Shown here piece after piece: positions 9,101 through 17,900 of a stretch of DNA of 64,000 nucleotides. The notes beneath the pieces were generated by a model, which had not been told where the DNA came from, searched no databases, and saw nothing but the letters and a program-made list of their open reading frames with translations. Both the position numbers and the translations under genes were made by a program. Position 1 is the stretch's first letter; the number at the start of each line of letters is the position of its first letter. This DNA is from a virus (lineage: Duplodnaviria; Caudoviricetes), in the IMG/VR virus record IMGVR_UViG_2700988850_000001, positions 1 to 64,000 of that record. The stretch is one strand, 5' to 3'.

Positions 9101-10207
9101 TTGTTTGCCCCTTTCATTGAAGCTCGACTAGACGCAATCGCAGGGCGACCGGCGGCTGTGTCTACCGAGCTGAACACATGGATCACGCCAGAGCCTTCTG
9201 ACATGAAGGCGGGCATTAGCCTTTATGTTGCTTACACGGCAACCGGAAGCCTGGTTGCCAACTTTGGAGCAATGGCTCAGTACGGTTCCGGCAACGGTGT
9301 GTCCGGTGGTGCGCTGTATCTTCAGACTCGTCCACCGGCATCCCCTGGCATTCAGATGCGACTTGATTCAGCTGGCGGATCATCGAACATCGGAGTGAGG
9401 GAGGAGCTTGGAAGAAATGCCGGAGTGCACGTGCACTCAACTGTGGTAAGTCCAGGCATCACAAATCTGACCTGCTCACTGGATGCCGGACCTCTTGTCG
9501 TGGGCAGTGTTCCGACTCCTGGAAATGGCATACCGAGAGAGCGGCTTATCCTCACGCCTACACCTTCATCTGGGACTGCCGAGATTGTTCCAATCTTTGC
9601 TGTAGCTTACAACACTGCGCATGACCTGCACACTCGACGCAAGATTGAGCAGCACCTCATGGGACTGGCAAAGTCGGGAACATTCCTTCTTCCGACAACC
9701 CAACCGACTCAGCCAATCTTCACCAGGTTTGGCACTGGAACGGTAAACCTTACTCCCGCTCAGACTCCCGCACGAGAATCGCCGGTAACTCTCTACGGAT
9801 GCTGGGCCGGACTTACCGGATCAGAGCGGGTGACCATCAATCCTGCAACGTCTGGAACAAGTTGGCTATCAGTCGGACGCGGAGGAAATGGCAAGCTGTT
9901 CGGCATGAGGTTTACAAACCTTCAAACCAGAATCGCTTACGCTGATCCAGTCCTCACTGATAACACTTCGCTCGTTGCGTCAGTAATGGCTAACAAGTCC
10001 AAGCTGAGCGTCATGTCTCTTGGCGATGGTCCAGCAAGATCGTCTGCCGTGACGCTTACTGATGAACTTCATCCAGACCCTGCTATATCTGTAAGCCTTA
10101 GCGGAACCTCTCCTGTCTGCTGGATATTCAACGAAGAACATTCTGACGCGAAGAGAGACATGATCATGCGAGCAATGGCTTACAGATATGGGATACCAGT
10201 GACATGA
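9101..10207 (+). CDS. Hypothetical beta-sandwich (lectin/LamG-like) virion protein
   Basis: Two similar halves, each ending in H(D/S)xxxRxxIxxx(L/M); atypical codon usage. Confidence 0.5.
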   Translation: MFAPFIEARLDAIAGRPAAVSTELNTWITPEPSDMKAGISLYVAYTATGSLVANFGAMAQYGSGNGVSGGALYLQTRPPASPGIQMRLDSAGGSSNIGVREELGRNAGVHVHSTVVSPGITNLTCSLDAGPLVVGSVPTPGNGIPRERLILTPTPSSGTAEIVPIFAVAYNTAHDLHTRRKIEQHLMGLAKSGTFLLPTTQPTQPIFTRFGTGTVNLTPAQTPARESPVTLYGCWAGLTGSERVTINPATSGTSWLSVGRGGNGKLFGMRFTNLQTRIAYADPVLTDNTSLVASVMANKSKLSVMSLGDGPARSSAVTLTDELHPDPAISVSLSGTSPVCWIFNEEHSDAKRDMIMRAMAYRYGIPVT

Positions 10208-10473
10208 CAACACACACCTTGAGATGCACCTGTGCACGCAAGACGATCCTCGGCGTCTACGGGATCAATGAACAAGGGCAACTGTTCTTTCATCAGATCA
10301 TACGCAAGCAAGGTGATATCAAGGGTCAGGTCTACACCACTAGCGACATTCACGTTTGGTGTCATAGTTGCCACATGTGGTGGAAGCTTGATATCAATAA
10401 GCATCAGAGACCCAGGGCAAAAGAGATGCCAGTGCCCGGACCGCTGCGCACCGACCATCGCCAACCGGAGTAA
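10204..10473 (+). CDS. Small Cys-containing (zinc-ribbon-like) protein
   Basis: CxC and CxxC motifs; ATGA overlap with upstream gene. Confidence 0.55.
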   Translation: MTTHTLRCTCARKTILGVYGINEQGQLFFHQIIRKQGDIKGQVYTTSDIHVWCHSCHMWWKLDINKHQRPRAKEMPVPGPLRTDHRQPE

Positions 10474-10476
10474 TGC

Positions 10477-10506
10477 TTGCACCCCGTCTAACCAGGACAG
10501 TAAGGT
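10477..10506 (+). promoter_or_regulatory. Putative leaderless promoter for capsid operon
   Basis: TTGCAC, 18-nt spacer, TAAGGT; ATG 10515 lies 8 nt downstream. Confidence 0.45.
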
Positions 10507-10514
10507 AACGCACG

Positions 10515-11750
10515 ATGAATACGAACTCGAGCACCCTGACACGGCACCCCAATACGGTGCTGTTCTCGGCTGCGGATTCTTCCCTTGGATTCGGCAAGTT
10601 GCCGGAACATCGGTGGGAGAAGGGGCCGAACGGCAACGACATTCTTGTCCTGCCTCGCGTTCCGGTTTTCCGTTCGGGCGAGTTTGCCGACAGCATGGGT
10701 CGGGAACATCTTTGGGAAGACATGCACATCCAGACCATGGCGAGCAACTACAACTTGCTCCGTGACACTGGTGTGTTCAAGGATGTTCCGATCCGCTGCG
10801 ATCATCCGTCGTTCTTCGACGGCGGTCTCCTGAAGGATGTTATCGGCTACCACGGCGACGTGGTTACCGAGAAGCGCATCTCCAAGGTTGACGGCAAGGA
10901 GTACACATACTTCCTGGCTGATCTTCACATCATCCGGGAGGACGCCCAGCAGAACATTCTTAATGGTCTGTGGCGGAACCGTTCGTCCGAGGTTGGCAAC
11001 TACGTTACCAACAACAAGGCCGAGCACTGGCCCGCATACATGGGCGTTGCCTATGTGGACATTCCCGCTGTAGAGGGACTGGACCAGTTCGCAAAGAAGC
11101 ATCAGACAAGTGACTACACTTTTCTCACGGAGGAATACATGGACCCGAACAAGGGAACGGTCAATCCGCAGCCTGCTCCGCAGCCTGAGATCAAGCCGTC
11201 CTTCTCGTTCAGCCTCGCCGGTACCCAGGGCGGCGCTGCAACTACTACCGACTTCGCGAAGGTGCAGGAGCACATCAATGCTCAGTACGCTCGCATTACC
11301 GAGCTGACCGGCCAGGTCGCCGAGCGCGATACTCGCATCCAGACTCTCGAGGCTTTCCAGAAGGAGACCGTCGAGGGCGCTCGAGTTGACTTCGCCAAGG
11401 GCCTGGTCAAGGAGGGCAAGGTTCTCGGTACCGAGGAGGAGACTCTGGTTGAGTTCTGCAAGGGACTCAGCGACGAAGCCTTCGCTCAGTACAGCAAGAT
11501 GATGAGCACCGCTCCGGCTGCGCCCATCCTCGGCAACTACGGCAACTTCAGTGCCGCAGCTCCCGCTGCTCCCGGAACCCAGCAGGCATCTGCCGACCAG
11601 CAGAAGTCTGATCGCATCAGCGTTCTGCGTGAGCAGGTCCAGATGCATGCGCGCTCCGGCAAGCCTGCCGAGAAGATCATGGAGTTCGGTTCCTACAAGG
11701 AGCTGGCGACTCTCGACGCCTCGGCAGCCGCTGCCGCCCTCAAGGTCTAA
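10515..11750 (+). CDS. Capsid maturation protease fused to scaffolding domain
   Basis: PIRCDH, RSSE and GVAYVDIPAV (Mu gpI-like); coiled-coil C-terminal half; position before capsid genes. Confidence 0.8.
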   Translation: MNTNSSTLTRHPNTVLFSAADSSLGFGKLPEHRWEKGPNGNDILVLPRVPVFRSGEFADSMGREHLWEDMHIQTMASNYNLLRDTGVFKDVPIRCDHPSFFDGGLLKDVIGYHGDVVTEKRISKVDGKEYTYFLADLHIIREDAQQNILNGLWRNRSSEVGNYVTNNKAEHWPAYMGVAYVDIPAVEGLDQFAKKHQTSDYTFLTEEYMDPNKGTVNPQPAPQPEIKPSFSFSLAGTQGGAATTTDFAKVQEHINAQYARITELTGQVAERDTRIQTLEAFQKETVEGARVDFAKGLVKEGKVLGTEEETLVEFCKGLSDEAFAQYSKMMSTAPAAPILGNYGNFSAAAPAAPGTQQASADQQKSDRISVLREQVQMHARSGKPAEKIMEFGSYKELATLDASAAAAALKV

Positions 11751-11764
11751 GGAGATAAAAGAAA

Positions 11765-12238
11765 ATGCCAGGACTGTGGAAGAACGTTACGGGGGATACC
11801 CCCACGTTCGGCAAGAACAACTTCCTTCGCTCCACCCAGCCGGGTACCTACACCACGAACTCGCGCACCATCGCGAAGGACTCTTTCCCGACTGAGACGT
11901 GGGGCGAGAGCACTGACCAGAAGATTCTTCAGCCCGGCGAAGTCCTGGCGAAGATCACCTCCGGTCCGGACGCTGGCAAGTACGGCGTGTTCTCGATGGA
12001 CACTACGGGCGTGACTGATGGTCGTTCGAACCCGGACAACATCGTCGGCATCAACAAGAGCTTCTACCCGTACCAGCTCATGGACCGGGACGTGGAAGTT
12101 GCGAACGTTTACTACGGCATTGTCTACCAGCCGTGGTGCACCGTTCGCGATGCTGCCGGTAAGCGCATCCCCATGCCCAACTCGATCGCTGACGCCTTCG
12201 GCGCGCGCCGCGATCTCAATATCACCTTCCAGTCTTAA
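11765..12238 (+). CDS. Head decoration protein (lambda gpD-like)
   Basis: LQPGEVLAKIT...GKY...DG pattern; immediately upstream of the major capsid gene. Confidence 0.75.
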   Translation: MPGLWKNVTGDTPTFGKNNFLRSTQPGTYTTNSRTIAKDSFPTETWGESTDQKILQPGEVLAKITSGPDAGKYGVFSMDTTGVTDGRSNPDNIVGINKSFYPYQLMDRDVEVANVYYGIVYQPWCTVRDAAGKRIPMPNSIADAFGARRDLNITFQS

Positions 12239-12250
12239 GGAGCACCAGAC

Positions 12251-13480
12251 GTGGACCACTACGGACCTTCCGGCATTGCAGCCGCGCTGGGTGGCATGAA
12301 TGGTGCTGCTCAGTTCGGGATGCAGCCCGGTGTGCAGAACTTCGCACAAGCTTACCCCCTCGATCGACTGATCCGCAAGGAGGTGTCTCTCGGTTCCATC
12401 CGCGAGATTGGTCCTCCCGAGGATCACATCGGCCTGAAGTACTTCCCGTTCCATGCGGTTCAGACCGACGACTTCATCTTCAACTACCTGAAGGGCGACA
12501 GCCAGGGTGGCCTTGCCCCGGCTCGCGCTCAGGATGCCGAGTCGGAGCTGGCACAGAAGGATCTGTTCCTTTCCGGTTCGGGTCGCGGTGCGGTCATTGA
12601 CTGGGCGATCAAGGATCACTACGACGCCACGGACATTCTGACTTACCGTCAGCTCGAGGCGGTCAAGGCTCAGATTCAGGAAGGCGCTCCGCTGCCGACC
12701 CTCCTGGCTGGCACCGCTGCTGCCGAGTTCCCGAACATCCTTGCTCGCGACGCCGATCGTCGGATGCGCTTCTTGCACAACCGAATCGAGCACATGATCT
12801 GGACCTCGGTGATCGAGAACCAGTACAGCTACAACGACGGCAAGGTCAACTTCGTTCAGCCGTGGGGTCGTCCTGCGGATCAGACGAACCAGGCTCCCGA
12901 GTCGGGTCCTTACACGGGTACCACGCACAACCCGATCAAGGACTGGCTGCACGTCGATGAGTTCATGTACGAGCGCCACGGCGTCAACATCAAGCGTGCG
13001 ATCATGTCGCGCAAGATGGCGAACCGTATGGTGAACTCGGAGTACTTCACCGCTCGCGCAGGTCTGATCACTCAGCCGGGTTCCACTCCGGTTGACCTGA
13101 ACTACCTTCTCGACGGCTGGGGTCCGCAGGCTGCACTTAACGCAGTCACGGGTGCGACTGGCATCTCTGTTGAGATTAACGATTCGGTTTACCGGACTCG
13201 TCCTCTCGGAAGCACGGTCCACACCAACCAGCGCTTCATCCCGGAAGATGTTATCGTCTTCCTCCCGGATGAGTCGCAGATCGCTCAGTACGATTCGTCG
13301 CCGCTGGGTCTCGGCAAGGTCGTCACCTCTCCGCACGCGGAGGGCAACTTCCAGCCCGGCTTCTACGAGTGGGAGCAGAACACGGTTGACCCCTGGGGTA
13401 CCAGCCGTGGTACGGGAATCAAGGCGTTCCCGATCTTCCCGCACATGGAGCTGACCTACACCATGAAGGTCGAGCTGTAG
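12251..13480 (+). CDS. Major capsid protein (lambda gpE-like)
   Basis: Size, position, RIEHM and C-terminal DP...AFP motifs; strongly biased codons. Confidence 0.88.
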   Translation: MDHYGPSGIAAALGGMNGAAQFGMQPGVQNFAQAYPLDRLIRKEVSLGSIREIGPPEDHIGLKYFPFHAVQTDDFIFNYLKGDSQGGLAPARAQDAESELAQKDLFLSGSGRGAVIDWAIKDHYDATDILTYRQLEAVKAQIQEGAPLPTLLAGTAAAEFPNILARDADRRMRFLHNRIEHMIWTSVIENQYSYNDGKVNFVQPWGRPADQTNQAPESGPYTGTTHNPIKDWLHVDEFMYERHGVNIKRAIMSRKMANRMVNSEYFTARAGLITQPGSTPVDLNYLLDGWGPQAALNAVTGATGISVEINDSVYRTRPLGSTVHTNQRFIPEDVIVFLPDESQIAQYDSSPLGLGKVVTSPHAEGNFQPGFYEWEQNTVDPWGTSRGTGIKAFPIFPHMELTYTMKVEL

Positions 13481-13488
13481 GAGGAAGC

Positions 13489-13656
13489 ATGGCAAAGGTG
13501 AATCCGTCTGGCACTGTCACTCTTGTGACTGGTGTCGGCCACGGTACATCGAAGGGCAACGGGACTGGTAACCCGAAGCGATCCGCTCCACTCGCTATCA
13601 CTGGCGGTGGCACCGGAACGCTGAAGGTCATCCCGAAGCGAGACAAGCCGGTATAG
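13489..13656 (+). CDS. 55-aa Gly/Thr-rich protein (not in ORF track)
   Basis: SD GAGGA then ATG 13489; MAKVNPSGTVTLVTG...KRDKPV; ends just before a terminator. Confidence 0.6.
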   Translation: MAKVNPSGTVTLVTGVGHGTSKGNGTGNPKRSAPLAITGGGTGTLKVIPKRDKPV

Positions 13657-13665
13657 CATTACCGG

Positions 13666-13697
13666 AAGCCGGGGCAGGAAAATCCTGCCCCGGCTTT
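13666..13697 (+). terminator. Intrinsic terminator after capsid genes
   Basis: AAGCCGGGGCAGGA / TCCTGCCCCGGCTT inverted repeat ending in TTT. Confidence 0.75.
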
Positions 13698-13716
13698 GCC
13701 ACTACCAGGAGGAACA

Positions 13717-14001
13717 ATGGCAGAGAGCAACGATCAGGAAGTCGCGTACCTGAACGCGGACCCGATTTACACCGACTACTCGAACGACGTTGACAAGCCC
13801 ATCAACGTGACCGCTGAGGTGAAGGACTGGAACCTGCCGCTTCAGTACGCCAACGGCGAGGTGCCTGCCGAGCTTCAGGAGTCCGAGGAATCGGACGAGC
13901 AGGAGAAGAAGGACGAGCAGGACAAGGGTGACGACAAGCCGAAGGCTGCTCCGGCACCGTCTCCCGCTGCTGCTCCGAAGCCTGCGGCTTCCGACAAGTA
14001 A
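13717..14001 (+). CDS. Acidic, Pro/Ala-tailed hypothetical protein
   Basis: SD AGGAGG before ATG 13717. Confidence 0.7.
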   Translation: MAESNDQEVAYLNADPIYTDYSNDVDKPINVTAEVKDWNLPLQYANGEVPAELQESEESDEQEKKDEQDKGDDKPKAAPAPSPAAAPKPAASDK

Positions 14002-14010
14002 GGAATCATC

Positions 14011-14520
14011 ATGGCGCTAAGGGATGGATACTGCGAACCGGCTGATCTGCTTCTGTCTGGACAGAAGATGATTGCCGGTACCCCGGAGCAGTACATCGCC
14101 ATGGCGTCTGATGAGATTGACGCCTTCATCGGACACCTTTACCGGACTCCGATAATGGTCAATGTTCTTGACGCCGAGAAGCGTCAGGACTCGTTGGTCT
14201 TGAAGGGCGTCTGCTCGCAGCTCGCCACCGGACGATACCTTACGGGTGCGTCGTCCGGTGGCGAGCAGTCGCGCACACACGCTTACGGCGAGTACCTTCT
14301 TCGGTTCGCGTACAACCGCCTCAAGCAGATCGCATCAGGCGCGATCGAACTCACGTCAGCCGAGAAGATTCCTCAGATGGAGGAGGACAAGACGCTGCGT
14401 GGTCCGATCATCATGCAGAAGCATGAGGTCAGCCTTGTCGATGGGTACTACGACACGTTCAACCCTGAGGGCTTTATTTCGCCGAGACAACCCTCTGACC
14501 TTGACTGGATGGGATTCTAA
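14011..14520 (+). CDS. Head-to-tail adaptor (Mu gp36-like)
   Basis: YCEPADL...ASDEIDAFIG.LY..P pattern; synteny. Confidence 0.75.
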   Translation: MALRDGYCEPADLLLSGQKMIAGTPEQYIAMASDEIDAFIGHLYRTPIMVNVLDAEKRQDSLVLKGVCSQLATGRYLTGASSGGEQSRTHAYGEYLLRFAYNRLKQIASGAIELTSAEKIPQMEEDKTLRGPIIMQKHEVSLVDGYYDTFNPEGFISPRQPSDLDWMGF

Positions 14521-15011
14521 TGCTCGCCCTGGTTGCCGACTATGCCGGTGGCTGGGCGCTGCGCGACCTTGAGAAGATCGACGCGGGGCTGAGTCCGGCT
14601 GGCATCGCCCCGTTTCTCAAGGCACTTGTCAATCAGTTCCAGTCGTCCGCGAGGGACCGCTTCGCGACAGAGGGTGCGGACGTTGGCGGATGGGAAGAGC
14701 TGAAGGAGTCTACGCTCAGAATACGTGAGGAGCTTGGATTCCCGCCTGGCCCAATCAATGAGCGGACCGGGCGACTTAAGCAGTACGTCGTGGAGAACCA
14801 AGGCGAGGTGCTTTATGATGGAATCGGTACCCAGCTTCAATGGCCCTCACCCGCACCAGGTGGAGGTACAGACCTTGCCTACTCGTACGGGACCGCGCAA
14901 GCCGGTAGCAATCATTGGAGAACTCCCGCCCGTCCTGTCGTCGCACTCACCTTCGATGACATGGTGGCAATCAATCTTGCTCTCGGAAGATTCGTCGGAG
15001 GTATTCTGTAA
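14520..15011 (+). CDS. Virion morphogenesis/neck protein (Mu gpG-like)
   Basis: RFATEG...W.EL..ST...RTGRL...PARP motif. Confidence 0.7.
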   Translation: MLALVADYAGGWALRDLEKIDAGLSPAGIAPFLKALVNQFQSSARDRFATEGADVGGWEELKESTLRIREELGFPPGPINERTGRLKQYVVENQGEVLYDGIGTQLQWPSPAPGGGTDLAYSYGTAQAGSNHWRTPARPVVALTFDDMVAINLALGRFVGGIL

Positions 15012-15520
15012 TGGCAATCGAGGGGAACGAAGTCATGTTCCCGAACAACGTGGTCAATGTGACTGCGGCTCGAATCGAAGACACCTTTGACCTTGACGGT
15101 TACGTTGTTCGCAGGCCGCTGACGACACTTGATCCCGATGAGTCTATCGGCGTAGTGGCAGCGACATGGGTGCCGACCGGAAAGCCTGAGATGGGTCAGC
15201 GCGAAAATCCCTTCGAGAACTTTTCGCAGGGGTACAGCGTAATGATTCAGGCTTTGATTGTAGACGGCGACGAAGAGCGTGCCATTGCCAGGCACTCAAT
15301 TCTCTCAACCCGTGTGCGTCGTATGCTTTACAGAGACCCGGTGCTTCTGGGAACATTCCTGGATAGAGATGCTGGGTTGAAGGTAATTGCAGATGGGGTG
15401 ACCGAGACCATCTCCAAGCTGGAAGTAAGGTCTCAGAGGTTCCTCGTTCACAAGGAAGAGGGAAGCTCTCGTTACCTGAGCATCCTTGAGTTTTACTTCG
15501 AGACCCAAATCCAACTATAA
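15011..15520 (+). CDS. Putative tail terminator/neck protein
   Basis: Synteny and size; TAATG coupling. Confidence 0.5.
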   Translation: MAIEGNEVMFPNNVVNVTAARIEDTFDLDGYVVRRPLTTLDPDESIGVVAATWVPTGKPEMGQRENPFENFSQGYSVMIQALIVDGDEERAIARHSILSTRVRRMLYRDPVLLGTFLDRDAGLKVIADGVTETISKLEVRSQRFLVHKEEGSSRYLSILEFYFETQIQL

Positions 15521-15531
15521 CAAGGAGAGCA

Positions 15532-15873
15532 ATGTCCGACGACCTGACAAAGCTTGACGATCGCATCGCCAAGCTTCGCGAAGAGCTTCAGGAAAAGAAG
15601 GACGCTCGGGCGAACGCCGAGAGCGAAGCCTTCGAACGGCACCTGCGTGACGAGAAGCTGAACGAGATCAAGAAGCTCGAAGCAGCGATCGCAAATGAGG
15701 ATGCAATTGCTGCCCTCGTTTCGCGAGCCGGTGCCAAGCAGGAAGAGCCTGAGCCTGTCTCGCAGAAGGAGCAGGAGGAAGTCAAGACTCCTGTCGCCAA
15801 TGCCCAGGCGATCAGCGCACTGGCTGCCCGAGCGTCCCAGACTCCCGAGCAGAAGAACGAAGAGGAGAACTAA
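15532..15873 (+). CDS. Coiled-coil hypothetical protein
   Basis: SD AAGGAG; E/K-rich helical sequence. Confidence 0.7.
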   Translation: MSDDLTKLDDRIAKLREELQEKKDARANAESEAFERHLRDEKLNEIKKLEAAIANEDAIAALVSRAGAKQEEPEPVSQKEQEEVKTPVANAQAISALAARASQTPEQKNEEEN

Positions 15874-15876
15874 GAA

Positions 15877-16893
15877 ATGGGTTACTCGTCCCTCGGTGGC
15901 GTAACCATTTTCCGTACCCAGACGGCCAAGGGTGTTACGGCTGCGGACATTGATACCGAAGGTATGGCTGTCCGACTTCTGTCCGGAGCAATGGCAGGCA
16001 ACCGCGAGCTTCTTATCCCCGACCCTGAGATGGGCGGAAACCGAGATGTGAGCGACGGACTCGGCGGACCGATTTCTTACGGTACCGACTACGAGTTCAA
16101 CCTCCGGTTCAACTTCATCGCGACCTTCCTGAAGGCTGCGCTGGGTAGTGCGGTGACCGCTGGTACCGCAGCCGAAGGTTTCACTCACACCTTCACCCCG
16201 ACCGACACGTCCGAGCTTCCGTACCTGACGATCTTCGAGCGCATCTCCGATGGTCTCGATTACAGCATGTACACGGACTGTGTTGTCAACACCTTCCATC
16301 TCGAAACCGATCCCGGTTCGTACCTTACGGGTACCGTCGGCATCATCGGTCGCGAGCAGGTCGCTGGTGTCCCGGACATTCCGACCACGGGACTTTACGA
16401 CAACACCACGATGACCGTGGGCACCAACGTTCTCGTCAAGTACAATGGTACGGACGTTGCTGCGAAGTCGTTCAGCATTGATATCAACAACAACTTCGAG
16501 GACGACGACTTCCGTCTCGGCTCCTTCTTCCTGAAGGACCTGACCCCGAAGCGTCGCGAAGTTACCATGTCGATGAACCTTCGTCACGAGAACAAGGACA
16601 AGATGCGCCAGGCGCTTCTCGGTTCTCCCACGGCTACCACGCCTCAGGGTATCACGACGAAGTTCGGACTGTCGGTCGAGATCACCACTTACGAGAACAT
16701 TCCGGGGACCACTCCCCCGAAGCGGTACTCGTTGACGCTCACGATTCCGCAGTGTATCTTCGAACCTGCGGCATTCGAGCCGTCCGGTGATGATGTTCTG
16801 GAAACCGAGTTCTCCGTGCGCGCTGTCCGCCCGAACCCGGCAACTCCCATCCTCACCGCAGTCCTTGTCAATGGCAAGGAAGAGATTGCGTAG
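15877..16893 (+). CDS. Major tail tube protein
   Basis: THTFTP and LPYLTIFE motifs; position upstream of chaperones and tape measure. Confidence 0.85.
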   Translation: MGYSSLGGVTIFRTQTAKGVTAADIDTEGMAVRLLSGAMAGNRELLIPDPEMGGNRDVSDGLGGPISYGTDYEFNLRFNFIATFLKAALGSAVTAGTAAEGFTHTFTPTDTSELPYLTIFERISDGLDYSMYTDCVVNTFHLETDPGSYLTGTVGIIGREQVAGVPDIPTTGLYDNTTMTVGTNVLVKYNGTDVAAKSFSIDINNNFEDDDFRLGSFFLKDLTPKRREVTMSMNLRHENKDKMRQALLGSPTATTPQGITTKFGLSVEITTYENIPGTTPPKRYSLTLTIPQCIFEPAAFEPSGDDVLETEFSVRAVRPNPATPILTAVLVNGKEEIA

Positions 16894-16906
16894 TCATTAC
16901 GCAATC

Positions 16907-16944
16907 TGAGTGGGGGCAAGGAGGAGAGGCCTTGCCCCCACTCA
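16907..16944 (+). terminator. Strong hairpin after tail tube gene
   Basis: TGAGTGGGGGCAAGG / CCTTGCCCCCACTCA 15-bp stem with no clear U tract. Confidence 0.55.
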
Positions 16945-16981
16945 ACACCTCTCTATTTTAACGGACCTAGAAAGGGCCACA

Positions 16982-17548
16982 ATGACTACCACGCAGGATA
17001 TCTCTTCTTTCGACGGCGATCCCCACGTCGAGGCAACCCACCAGAACATGGTGGACGCTGGCGTAAGGGTCGAGACGCCGCAGATCGTTGACTACTGGTC
17101 GTTCTCCACGACCGAGCGGTTCATGCTTCCCGATGGTGTTCAGTACATCGAGTTCAAGAAGATGACCGAGGCGGACAAGACGGAGTTCCAGGCCAAGACG
17201 AACCGCGACATTCGCGTTCAGTCCACGACCAAGGATATCAAGCTCCGCATGGACCCCGGTCTCGAGCGTCGAGTTCTTCTGGATATCTGCGTCACCGGCT
17301 GGCTGTTCTACCGCCCGTCCACTCGTCCGCAGGACAACGGCGCACTTGTTCAGATCGGCTGGGACAAGCGCCTCTGGGCTGAGTGGCTGACCAAGGCTGA
17401 CCCCGAGATTGTTCAGAATCTCGAGAAGGCTATCCGCGATGCGAACCCGTGGATGCGCCAGCAGGCTACCCCGGAAGAGATCAAGGCTGAGATCGCCAGC
17501 CTGCAAGAGCAGCTCGAAGAGGCGGAGCTTCTCGAACTGGAAAAATAA
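16982..17548 (+). CDS. Tail assembly chaperone (gpG)
   Basis: Lies between tail tube and tape measure; ends ...CTG GAA AAA TAA. Confidence 0.82.
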   Translation: MTTTQDISSFDGDPHVEATHQNMVDAGVRVETPQIVDYWSFSTTERFMLPDGVQYIEFKKMTEADKTEFQAKTNRDIRVQSTTKDIKLRMDPGLERRVLLDICVTGWLFYRPSTRPQDNGALVQIGWDKRLWAEWLTKADPEIVQNLEKAIRDANPWMRQQATPEEIKAEIASLQEQLEEAELLELEK

Positions 17549-17820
17549 CCTTCCGCGAGCAGGCTTCGCAGTACGCTCGCGGTGAGAAGATCGAGAACAC
17601 GCACCCCATCATCAAGCTGTTTCACCGCTGCAAACTCTACAAGACACTCCCCTGGGCAGGTGGTCTCATGGACCAGGACCCGATGATCTTGGACATGTTC
17701 GATGTCATCAATGGGGAGATTGCTCGAGAGGAAAATGCGCGACAAGAGAAGCAGCGCAAGGAGATGGAGCGCAAAAAAGGTTCCGGCAAGAGCCTCGCCG
17801 GACGCCGGAACCGCAGGTAG
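16982..17820 (+). CDS. Tail assembly chaperone gpGT via -1 frameshift at GGAAAAA (17539-17545)
   Basis: The -1 frame is open to TAG 17818-17820 and contains LPWAGGLMDQDP, a typical gpT motif, with no start of its own upstream of that motif. Confidence 0.8.
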
Positions 17821-17866
17821 GAACAGGAGCTATGCTTTACAGCATAGCTCCTGTTCCTTTATTCTT
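17819..17866 (+). terminator. Intrinsic terminator-like hairpin before tape measure
   Basis: 18-bp perfect stem AGGAACAGGAGCTATGCT / AGCATAGCTCCTGTTCCT followed by TTATTCTT. Confidence 0.7.
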
Positions 17867-17900
17867 CGCAAGTTAGATCAACTGACTCGAAAGGTCTAGA

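Noticed and set aside
5428-10207. Diversity-generating retroelement or invertible tail-fibre cassette
   Set aside because: No reverse transcriptase, no template/variable repeat pair and no flanking inverted repeats noticed.
11747-13495. Long antisense ORFs (for example 11747-13495, 18531-20696, 23757-25748 on minus; 61120-62196 on plus)
   Set aside because: Shadow frames of genes with strong GC3 bias; no SD, no motifs, and they fully overlap well-supported genes.
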